Source: Gemmatimonadales bacterium UBA4456
GTDB lineage: Bacteria > Gemmatimonadota > Gemmatimonadetes > Longimicrobiales > Gaopeijiaceae
Direction of reading: 5' to 3'
NCBI GenBank assembly: GCA_002390225.1
Contig: DGOW01000054.1
Span: forward strand, 71,364-135,363
DNA: 64,000 nt
Shown: in pieces, positions 1 to 10,100 of the stretch
Layout: each line of letters begins with the position of its first letter
Numbering within the stretch: the stretch's first letter is position 1
Notes under the pieces: generated by a model
Seen by the model: the letters and a program-made list of their open reading frames with translations, nothing else
Told to the model about the DNA's origin: nothing
Databases searched by the model: none
Translations under genes and position numbers: made by a program

Positions 1-582
1 GTAGTACCCTGAGTTGTTGTACCGGTACGCCTCGCCGGGAGCGAAGTCGAACGGCTCGTCCTGGAAGAGCTCGAGCATCTCGGTGTGGGTGAGGTCCAGT
101 AGTCCGGCCTTCAGCCAGAAGACGTCTCCGAGGCTCGTGTAGCTCTTGATCCCGGACGTATGCGTGAGGAGGTGCCGAATGCTCACCTCGTGACCCTGAG
201 TGGGATAGTTCGGCAAGTACTGCGTCATCGAGTCGTCGAGGCCGATCAGACCTGCCTCCACCAGCTGCATGACCGCGGCGGCCGTGAACTGCTTCGTGAG
301 AGACCCGATCCGATACACGGTCTCTGCTGTCATCGGTACGCTGTTCTCGATGTCCGCGTCTCCGTAGCCCTTCACCAGGAGCAGATCAGCGCCACGCTTC
401 ACGCCGATGGTCAGGCCTGCAACCGGCCCATCACGGAGCGTCGCCTCAGCAAGAGAGTCGATCCGGGCAACCAGCGCTCCTCCCCATATGGCGTCCTGAG
501 ACGCCGCACAGGTTGGGAGGCCCGAGAAAAGACAGGCCAGGATGGCGACATGAACGATCGGTCTCGAAGTCACCTTACTCAT
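1..582 (-). CDS. serine hydrolase, beta-lactamase/PBP-like family (partial; C-terminal part lies beyond the left window edge)
   Basis: Not in the ORF track because it is cut by the window edge. Hand translation of the reverse strand from ATG (582-580) gives MSKVTSRPIVHVAILACLFSGLPTCAASQ (signal peptide). It continues ...YRIGSLTKQFTAAAVMQLVEAGL with the S-x-x-K motif. The frame stays open to position 1. Confidence 0.8.
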   Translation of the reverse strand, partial: MSKVTSRPIVHVAILACLFSGLPTCAASQDAIWGGALVARIDSLAEATLRDGPVAGLTIGVKRGADLLLVKGYGDADIENSVPMTAETVYRIGSLTKQFTAAAVMQLVEAGLIGLDDSMTQYLPNYPTQGHEVSIRHLLTHTSGIKSYTSLGDVFWLKAGLLDLTHTEMLELFQDEPFDFAPGEAYRYNNSGYY

Positions 583-853
583 GGTCTCTCCAGATGGGGA
601 GCGGTGGGGAGTGTCTGCTCGTTGACCCTGCGTTGCTCACAGCTCCGGGGCTCTGCTGCGGGCCCATGATGCCGCCCCGGGGCGTCAGCCGCCAATTCGC
701 GCTGGACGATGGGGCACCAGGAGCACGATTCCCACTGAGTCAGCTGTGGAAGCGTGCGTCTGCGGAGTCATCGAAGCCCTCGGCGGTCTGGGCGCTCAGA
801 GATACGATCGGTAGTGCGCAGAGGGAGTGGAGTGAGTAGATCGAATTGCGTCA

Positions 854-1714
854 TCAGTTCTGTGCGCCAAGGCGCTCGAGTCCCCCACCGGCCTTCCACG
901 CGTCAAAGCGCATCCGCAGCGTGGCCACCGGGCTCGCGCTCTCGTCGGTAGCGGTGTTCTCGTCGTCCACGTCGATGAACAGTGAATACTCGCCGTCGCT
1001 GTGCCCTTCTCCGACCGGGTCCTCGGGGCGAGCCGCAGCGATGTAGGCGACGTGCGCTCCACGGTGCCGACATCCGGCCTCGGTCTCGGGCACGGGCTGA
1101 CTCCGACAGCTGCAGCGCGCGTCACCACCCGCCGCAGAAGCGGCTTCCATGCCGGCCATCACCCGATCGACGATGGTCCCCTCGTCGGCCAGGATGGCCT
1201 CGACCGCCTCGAGCACGACGTCGTGATTCTCGAGGATGTTACCCTGAACGGAGAAGTAGATGTTCTCCTCCCGGATCTCACTCTGGACGGCGAGGGACGC
1301 GTATCCGTTCCCCGTCCCGGAAAAGCCCGCCATCCGCCCCTCAAGATCGACGATCCCGAACTGGCGTCGTTCAAAGGCTGGATCTTCGGAGAGCATCCGG
1401 ATGATTTCGTCTGGGTCGGTGCCGGCACGTATCTGCTCGAAAATGAGCATCTGATTCTGGCGTGTGCCATCCACACTGGCCTGAGCGGCGGCGACGCCGA
1501 TCCCGGGCACGATCACCGCCTGGATGCTCTTGAGTCCGCCTCTAGTCCGTAGCCCCTCGGCTGTCACGCACGTAGCCGAGGCGATGACGACCAGACCCGT
1601 CTCTGCATCCACTGCGATGATCGACCACGTGGCCGATACCGGTCCGGGACTCGCGCTGAAGGATAGTGCGAGAAGGGCGAAGAGGATCGCCGCTGGGCTC
1701 CTGCTAACGTGCAT
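854..1714 (-). CDS. DUF1028 family (Ntn-hydrolase-like) secreted protein
   Basis: Track ORF 854..1804. Start moved to the internal Met that begins a signal peptide (MHVSRSPAAILFALLALSFSASP). The mature end TWSIIAVDAETG resembles the DUF1028 N-terminal Thr signature. Confidence 0.75.
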   Translation of the reverse strand: MHVSRSPAAILFALLALSFSASPGPVSATWSIIAVDAETGLVVIASATCVTAEGLRTRGGLKSIQAVIVPGIGVAAAQASVDGTRQNQMLIFEQIRAGTDPDEIIRMLSEDPAFERRQFGIVDLEGRMAGFSGTGNGYASLAVQSEIREENIYFSVQGNILENHDVVLEAVEAILADEGTIVDRVMAGMEAASAAGGDARCSCRSQPVPETEAGCRHRGAHVAYIAAARPEDPVGEGHSDGEYSLFIDVDDENTATDESASPVATLRMRFDAWKAGGGLERLGAQN

Positions 1715-1858
1715 GCGAGGGCTACCTGCGAGAGAGTGGAACGGAAGGGACGCTGAAAGTCCCTTCGTCGGCGTGCGCGAGCAAGGCGCTCCCCCGCGTT
1801 CCACGGCCCAACGACTCGGCGCCCGGCGACGAGTCGTTGGGCTGCAATCTCAGTTGGT

Positions 1859-4111
<2,253 letters not shown>

Positions 4112-4508
4112 TCATCCATCGTGTTGTGTGGCCTGATTTCAGCCAAGCAAAATCCGCATGCGCAGGTATTACGTCAAATCGCCAGATACTACGGATCAGA
4201 AAGCCAACTGGGGTGAGCGCTGAAGAGGACGGGCGTCGTGAGGCGACCGGGAGATCGTAAGGGAGGTCTGGGGTCGTGAGCGTGGGTATGGGGGGGCTTG
4301 TACAGGCGGATACGCAGGAGCGCCCGGATGATGCGAGGATGAGCGGCGGGTGCGCAGGCGGCGGCTGAGCCCGGGTGGGTGATGTTTCAGGCACTCCAGG
4401 TTCCGTCGTCCCAGGGAGGCCCTGATCGAAGGGATCAGGGCCCGGGGCCGTATCGCTTACGGTGTCCCATGGCGAGGGCGGGTCAGCCGCGAGCAGTTCG
4501 GCCTAGGG

Positions 4509-4517
4509 CGGGGTGGG
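4509..4517. repeat. left copy of 9-bp direct repeat CGGGGTGGG bounding the low-GC segment
   Basis: The identical 9-mer occurs at 5731-5739, immediately after the truncated sulfotransferase stop. The motif is G-rich and similar strings recur nearby, so a chance match is possible. Confidence 0.4.
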
Positions 4518-4584
4518 GGCGACGGGCTGCGGGTGCTCTGGTTGATTCAATACATGCTTGCGGCAAGAACACCACTCATGTGGT

Positions 4585-4959
4585 CTACATCATCTTCCTT
4601 AAAAGCGAACACAGAGATTCAAACTCCTTGGCTGTCAGAACAGAAAAATCAAATTGATTCTTCACCTGTTCGACTGCTTCCTGAATCTTCGCCTGACTCA
4701 CACCAGATTTCACAAGCTCATTCAGATCAATCTCGCGGGCCTTCACAAAGGACCCCAAGGTTAGATCCTTATCTTCCCGCAAGTGCTTGGCGAGCTCCGC
4801 CAGAGCCGAGATGGCCCGGTCACCTGTCTTGTGTGTGCCAGCTTTTTTCTTTTCGAAGACATGGCCGCACGTCTGACATTCACGTGTCCGTACGCCCATC
4901 AATTCGTCGCATGCGGGACACTGTTTTTTGCCGCGAGTGGGAGATTTCTTCTTTGACAT
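4585..4959 (-). CDS. hypothetical zinc-ribbon protein (basic N-terminus)
   Basis: 124 aa. MSKKKSPTRGKKQCPACDE...CQTCGH forms a C-x2-C...C-x2-C ribbon, followed by a helical acidic/basic tail. It lies in the low-GC segment. No family recognised. Confidence 0.55.
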   Translation of the reverse strand: MSKKKSPTRGKKQCPACDELMGVRTRECQTCGHVFEKKKAGTHKTGDRAISALAELAKHLREDKDLTLGSFVKAREIDLNELVKSGVSQAKIQEAVEQVKNQFDFSVLTAKEFESLCSLLRKMM

Positions 4960-5156
4960 GTCGTTCCTTGCGACTTACGCCGCTGGTCTAAAAGGGTGGT
5001 GCCGGTTTTATTTAGTCGGCCAGTCTGTCGGGTCCACTCCGATGTCATTTATCCTGACATCCACGGATAAGAAATCCAATTATGTGAATTCAAGCAAATG
5101 TTCTGTTTTTGACTTGCTTGTTTACCAAAAACATCCTAACAGCCTGATATAAAAAT

Positions 5157-5720
5157 ATGCCTGGTATCGCTCGAGACATCGCCGCCTTATTGAACCAATC
5201 GGCCCGTAGGTTGACGGCCTCGTCACGAGCTCTCCCCAATTTTATCATGGCCGGAGCTCAGAAGTCAGGGTCCAGCTCGTTGTACTCCTATCTGACCCAA
5301 CATCCGCAGGTGTTGCGAGCAGCCCATAAAGAAATTCACTATTTCGACTCATTCTTTCATAAGGGCTCAGCTTGGTATCGGAGCCAATTCCCGCTTAACG
5401 GTCAACTCACTGAAGAGAAAATCACTGGAGAAGCAACGCCCTCGTATCTTTTCTATCCAGGTGCAGCCAAACGGATCGCCGAGTTGGTACCTGACGTGAA
5501 GCTGATTCTCCTGCTCCGCAATCCCGTCTCACGTGCCATTTCCCATTACCACCATCAAATTCGAATGGGTAATGAATCCCTAGGCCTCATGGAGGCCATT
5601 GACGCCGAAGAGGAGCGTAGCCGAAAAGCTCGAATCATACTTCAGAAAGACCCATCCAACTATCGAGCCAGTAAGGATCTACGTCAGTTTTCCTACAAGG
5701 AACGCGGTGTCTGCGGATAG
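5157..5720 (+). CDS. PAPS-dependent sulfotransferase family protein, apparently C-terminally truncated
   Basis: Has the 5'-PSB loop AGAQKSGSSSLY and the 3'-PB motif LLRNPVSRAISHY. It is only 187 aa and ends ...SYKERGVCG*, where homologues normally continue about 100 aa. The stop coincides with the low-GC/high-GC boundary. Confidence 0.7.
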   Translation: MPGIARDIAALLNQSARRLTASSRALPNFIMAGAQKSGSSSLYSYLTQHPQVLRAAHKEIHYFDSFFHKGSAWYRSQFPLNGQLTEEKITGEATPSYLFYPGAAKRIAELVPDVKLILLLRNPVSRAISHYHHQIRMGNESLGLMEAIDAEEERSRKARIILQKDPSNYRASKDLRQFSYKERGVCG

Positions 5721-5730
5721 GAAATCCAAA

Positions 5731-5739
5731 CGGGGTGGG
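5731..5739. repeat. right copy of 9-bp direct repeat CGGGGTGGG
   Basis: See 4509-4517. Confidence 0.4.
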
Positions 5740-6000
5740 TCGGTTCACGAAGGTAAGGTGGTGAGGCGTTTGAGGAGGGCGCAAGCGAGGGGTGGGATGG
5801 TGCGGATCGGGCTGAGGCGGTTTTGACCGGGGTGGTCCGGGCCGGACGAAAAGACTGACTGTTCCAATCTTACCGGATATTGAGGCCATTCGACCCGAGC
5901 GGTCAGGAGGGACGGTGCCGCGCCGTCCGGATATGCGCAGCTTGATTCGGGCGCCCCGATCACAGGAGATGCTTGTGTGAGGTCACGCTCACATCCCGCG

Positions 6001-6729
6001 CTACGACCTGAACCAGATCCACCCCTCATTTCGCGCAACATCCAGATCCCCGGGCTCCACCACGTACCCGGTCAGGAAGTCACGTGCGGTGAGCAAACAA
6101 AGCACCGCGTCGAGCGCGTCGTCTGATGCCAGGGCGGCGTCAGCATGGCTCCCGAATTCAACGTACGGCTCCAAGTCCTGAAGGATGGAGGCCCGCCGAT
6201 CTCGGGCCGCAGGGTCGGTGCCCTTGTACCCCGTGTCTGGAATGCCCCGTGCTCGGAGGGTGAGCGCCGGATAGACCTCGATTGTCGAGGTCTCCTCGGT
6301 GGGGCCCGGTGACCACGCGAGGGGGAGGGCGAGGCCGCTTCCGTCTCGCAGCGCCTGTAGGAGGTTCACGGCCTTCAAGGCCGCTCGTGCAATCCTGTCG
6401 GCTCCCACCTCCATGGGGCGCTTACCCGTATGCTCTCGGACAACGCGGTCGGTATGACGATGGAACAGGTCGTCGGCGGCGTATGGAATGGCCTCGCCCG
6501 CAGCGTGCTCTGCGAGTGCAGCGCCCATGGGCTGCGGCCACCCGAGGGGTGCATCAATCGCGATCAAGTTCGGTGCGTTGTCTCGTATCCAGGGCAGCAG
6601 AATCGGGACGATGCTGGTCTGTTTGGTCATAACCTCGAGTACGCGAATGCGATCGGCCTCGATGACGCCCAGCGCGAGTCCGCACTTCTTGTCCTGCGCA
6701 GCGCAGTCGATGCCGATGAGGTGGGTCAT
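6001..6729 (-). CDS. DUF429 domain protein (predicted RNase H-fold nuclease)
   Basis: 242 aa. The blocks IGIDCA, AIDAPLGWP, EVYPA and DDALDAVLCLLTA match what I recall for DUF429. Confidence 0.75.
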   Translation of the reverse strand: MTHLIGIDCAAQDKKCGLALGVIEADRIRVLEVMTKQTSIVPILLPWIRDNAPNLIAIDAPLGWPQPMGAALAEHAAGEAIPYAADDLFHRHTDRVVREHTGKRPMEVGADRIARAALKAVNLLQALRDGSGLALPLAWSPGPTEETSTIEVYPALTLRARGIPDTGYKGTDPAARDRRASILQDLEPYVEFGSHADAALASDDALDAVLCLLTARDFLTGYVVEPGDLDVARNEGWIWFRS

Positions 6730-6885
6730 GCTCCCGCAGGCTCCAGAAATTCCACTGCTGTTCCTTTCGACTCGACCTGGCGCCCCGGGACGACTGCATG
6801 CCGTGGTCAGCTTACCGCCATCAAATGGATCGGTCGAGATCGTGCGCGCGGTCGCGCGGCTGTGTGCCCCCTGAGCTAGCCACCC

Positions 6886-7980
6886 TCACACCCACGCGTC
6901 CAGCGCCGCTCCCAGCCGCGTCAGCCCCTCCTCCAGCACATCCGCCCGACCCGCCACCGACACCCGGAAGTGCGCCGGCGCGCCAAAGAACCGGCCGGGT
7001 GTCACGCCTACTTCGAAGCGTTCAGCGGCGAAGTCCACGAACGGCTCCGCGTCCTCGACGCCCCGCAGGCGCGGAAAGCCCACGGACCCACCGAGTGGCT
7101 CGATCCACTCGAGCTCGTCGCGCGTCTCCATGAACGCCTTGAAGCGCGCCGCACCGGGTCCGAGCACGCCCCGCGCTCGCTCGAGCAGGCGGTCGAGGTG
7201 CTGGAAGGCGACGGCCCCGATCGTCTCTGACGGAATGGATCCGACCCCGTCGAAGACGTCGCGCACCCGTAGCGCACGCTCGGTCGTCTCAGGGTCGGCG
7301 ATCATCCAGCCGACGCGCACGCCGGCAAGACCGTACGACTTGGTGAGGCTGTTGGTGGAGACGAAGACCGGGTCCCGCGTGGCGACGGGAGATCGGTCGA
7401 CGCCCTCGAGCGCATCGAGGTATACCTCGTCGACGATGACCTTTGCTCCGACACCCCGTGCCAGGTCGCCGACGGCGGCCAGGGCCTCGGGCGTCGCGTA
7501 CACGCCCGACGGGTTGTGCAGGTTGGTCAGCATGATCGCGCTCACCTCGGGTGTGAGTGCTGTCTCCACTGCGTCCGGGTCGAGTGCGAAGCCACGTTCC
7601 CAGCTGCGGTCGAAGGTCACGACGTCGGCACCGAGGAAGCGCGCGGTCCCCATGTGAGGATCGTATCCGGGCCACTCGGCGAGCAGGGTGTCCCCGGGCC
7701 GCAGCAGCGCGGCGAGCGCAAGGAAGTTGGCCCCGGACGCACCCGGCCCGGTCGCGATTTGCTGTGCCTCGACGCCGTATCGCGCGGCGATCGCCTCGAC
7801 GAGAGGTGGCCAGCCGTCGTCGTTACGCCCGTACAGCTCCATAGCCTCGCGAGCCTCCGGGAACTCGTCGAGCGTGCACGGCAGGAGGTTCGAGCCTGAT
7901 AGGTCACAGCCGGCTTTGTCGTGGTGCTTGGACCACGTCATGTAGGGAGCCCAGGTGTCAGGCCAGCGAAGGTCGGTCAT
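6886..7980 (-). CDS. PLP-dependent aminotransferase, class I/II
   Basis: 364 aa. Contains LTNLHNPSG, VIVDEVY and NSLTKSYGLAGVRVGW (Schiff-base Lys context). Confidence 0.9.
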   Translation of the reverse strand: MTDLRWPDTWAPYMTWSKHHDKAGCDLSGSNLLPCTLDEFPEAREAMELYGRNDDGWPPLVEAIAARYGVEAQQIATGPGASGANFLALAALLRPGDTLLAEWPGYDPHMGTARFLGADVVTFDRSWERGFALDPDAVETALTPEVSAIMLTNLHNPSGVYATPEALAAVGDLARGVGAKVIVDEVYLDALEGVDRSPVATRDPVFVSTNSLTKSYGLAGVRVGWMIADPETTERALRVRDVFDGVGSIPSETIGAVAFQHLDRLLERARGVLGPGAARFKAFMETRDELEWIEPLGGSVGFPRLRGVEDAEPFVDFAAERFEVGVTPGRFFGAPAHFRVSVAGRADVLEEGLTRLGAALDAWV

Positions 7981-8024
7981 GTCATCAGGTGCGGTCGAAG
8001 GGCGGAACGGCCATCTTGGCTGCT

Positions 8025-8585
8025 ATGAATATCCTAGATGTCATCTCTGCGCGCCGCTCCATCAAACAGTTCACGGACCGCCCGATCTCGAACGAGGCGA
8101 TCGAGCAGCTCCTCTCCGCCGCGGTGCTTGCACCGAACCACCGCATGACCGAACCGTGGCGCTTCTACGTGATGGGCCCGGAGGCGCGCACCGGTTTCGG
8201 CAAGGCGCTCGGACTCCGTAAGGCGAAGCGCGTTGATGAGCCGGACGCAAAATCAGCGGTCATCGAGAAGGTGCAGGCCACGCACCGTGCGTTGCCCGCC
8301 ATGCTCGCCGTGGCGACGACGCTCGATGACAATCCGGAGATCCGGGAAGAGGACTACGCGGCCACGTACATGGCGATCCAGAACCTCTGCCTCGCGGCTC
8401 ACAGCCTCGGACTCGGGACTCATGTGAAGAGCGGGGGCGTCATGAACGACCCCGTGGCGCGTGAGGCGATGGGCATCCGGGAGGGTGAGCGCGTAATCGC
8501 GACGATCGCCGTCGGCGAGCCCGCGGCGGTCCCGGACCCCAAGCCCCGACACAGCGCAGACGAATTCACCACGTGGGTGCCGTGA
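8025..8585 (+). CDS. nitroreductase family protein
   Basis: Track ORF 7989..8585 starts at a GTG. ATG at 8025 gives MNILDVISARRSIKQF, a typical nitroreductase N-terminus. 186 aa. Confidence 0.9.
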   Translation: MNILDVISARRSIKQFTDRPISNEAIEQLLSAAVLAPNHRMTEPWRFYVMGPEARTGFGKALGLRKAKRVDEPDAKSAVIEKVQATHRALPAMLAVATTLDDNPEIREEDYAATYMAIQNLCLAAHSLGLGTHVKSGGVMNDPVAREAMGIREGERVIATIAVGEPAAVPDPKPRHSADEFTTWVP

Positions 8586-8637
8586 CGGTACCTGCGTTCG
8601 AACCCATTCGATCGATCCACACGAACAGGACATCAGT

Positions 8638-10074
8638 ATGACGATCCGCCGCTTTCTCGCCTCGGCTGCCATGGTCGGCGCCACACTCGGCGTCACCACG
8701 CCGGTCTCGGCCCAGACCATGCCGCCCGACGAGTACATGGAGCTCTCCCGGACGATCTTCTCCGAGCTCATTGAGATCAATACGACAGACTCCGAGCGTG
8801 GCAACAACACGCTCGCCGCTCAGGCGCTCGCACGTTACCTGCTCGATGCGGGCTTCCCGGAAGAGGACGTGCACGTGCTGGTGCCCGATGATGCACCGAC
8901 GAAGGGCAACCTGGTCGCTCGGTATCGGGGCCGGGACAGCAGCCTCAAGCCGATCCTCCTGCTCGCGCACATCGACGTGGTCGAGGCGCTACCCGAGGAC
9001 TGGTCGGACGACCTTAACCCCTTCGCCTTCACCGAGCGCGAGGGCTACTACTACGGACGCGGCGTTACGGACGACAAGGACGAGGCGGCGATTTACACGG
9101 CCAACTTCATCCGCATGCGACGTGAGGGCTTCATGCCCGAGCGAGACATTGTCGTCGCGCTCACGGCGGACGAGGAAGGAGGTCCCCGCAACGGCGTGGC
9201 GTTCCTGCTCGAAGAGCACGGGGAGCTGATCGACGCGGCCTACGCCCTCAATGAAGGTGGCGGTGGCATGGAGAGGGACGGCCGCAGGATCTCCAACAAC
9301 GTCCAGGCGGCCGAGAAGAAATTCCAGTCGTTCACCTTTCAGGCGACGAACCCGGGTGGGCACTCGTCGCTTCCGGTCCGCAAGAATGCGATCTACGACC
9401 TGTCCGCCGCGCTGCTCGCTGTGCAGAACTACGACTTCCCGATCATGCTGCATGAGGTGACAGAGGCGTTCTTCGAGGGCTCTGCCGAGATCGTAGGTGG
9501 CGAGATGGGCGAGGCCATGCGGCGCATCGTGGAGAACCCGAGCGACGCGGAGGCTGAGCGTGTTCTGGCTCAGGAGACGAGCTACAACTCGCGACTGCGC
9601 ACGACGTGCGTGGCCACGCTGCTCTCGGGAGGCCACGCAGGCAACGCGCTTCCGCAGCTGGCCGAGGCGACGGTGAACTGCCGGATCTTTCCGACTCAGG
9701 ATCCGTCGGAGGTCCTGGCCTCTCTGCAGGAGGTCGCAGCGCCCTATGACGTCGAGGTCATTCCCCAAGGTGAAGCGCGCCCGAGCCCTCCCTCACCTCT
9801 GGTCGATGAGGTGCTCGGCCCGATCGAGCGTATCACGGAGCAGATGTGGCCTGGCGTGACGGTGCTGCCCGTGATGTCGACGGGCGCGACCGACGGCCTC
9901 TACCTGCGACGTGCGGGTATTCCCGTGTACGGCGTGAGCGGCATCTTTGGTGACATGGACGACACGCGTGCCCATGGCCAGAACGAACGCATTCTCATCG
10001 AGCACTTCTATGAGGGGCAGGAGTTCTTGTACCGCCTGGTGAAGGCGCTTTCAAGTGGAGGGATCGCGCAGTAG
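8638..10074 (+). CDS. secreted M20-family metallopeptidase
   Basis: 478 aa with a signal peptide. LLLAHIDVV, GRGVTDDK and ADEEGG are metal-ligand blocks. Confidence 0.9.
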   Translation: MTIRRFLASAAMVGATLGVTTPVSAQTMPPDEYMELSRTIFSELIEINTTDSERGNNTLAAQALARYLLDAGFPEEDVHVLVPDDAPTKGNLVARYRGRDSSLKPILLLAHIDVVEALPEDWSDDLNPFAFTEREGYYYGRGVTDDKDEAAIYTANFIRMRREGFMPERDIVVALTADEEGGPRNGVAFLLEEHGELIDAAYALNEGGGGMERDGRRISNNVQAAEKKFQSFTFQATNPGGHSSLPVRKNAIYDLSAALLAVQNYDFPIMLHEVTEAFFEGSAEIVGGEMGEAMRRIVENPSDAEAERVLAQETSYNSRLRTTCVATLLSGGHAGNALPQLAEATVNCRIFPTQDPSEVLASLQEVAAPYDVEVIPQGEARPSPPSPLVDEVLGPIERITEQMWPGVTVLPVMSTGATDGLYLRRAGIPVYGVSGIFGDMDDTRAHGQNERILIEHFYEGQEFLYRLVKALSSGGIAQ

Positions 10075-10100
10075 GTGCAGCTTCGCGCTCCATAGTGCCC

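Larger units (their letters stand above)
4518..5730. other. low-GC segment (putative horizontally acquired remnant)
   Basis: Hand counts of 60-nt slices give about 35-57% GC here, versus about 65-75% in neighbouring genes. It holds two divergently oriented ORFs and an AT-rich spacer. No integrase or transposase is present. Confidence 0.6.

Noticed and set aside
160-951. Plus-strand ORFs 160..669, 513..839 and 754..951
   Set aside because: They overlap the hand-translated beta-lactamase-family gene (minus strand, clear SxxK motif and signal peptide) or the spacer. They have a low-complexity composition.
4155-4162. CGCATGCG palindrome upstream of katG as a possible PerR/OxyR/Fur site
   Set aside because: It is only 8 bp and does not resemble the regulator consensus sequences I can recall. 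It is too short to distinguish from chance.
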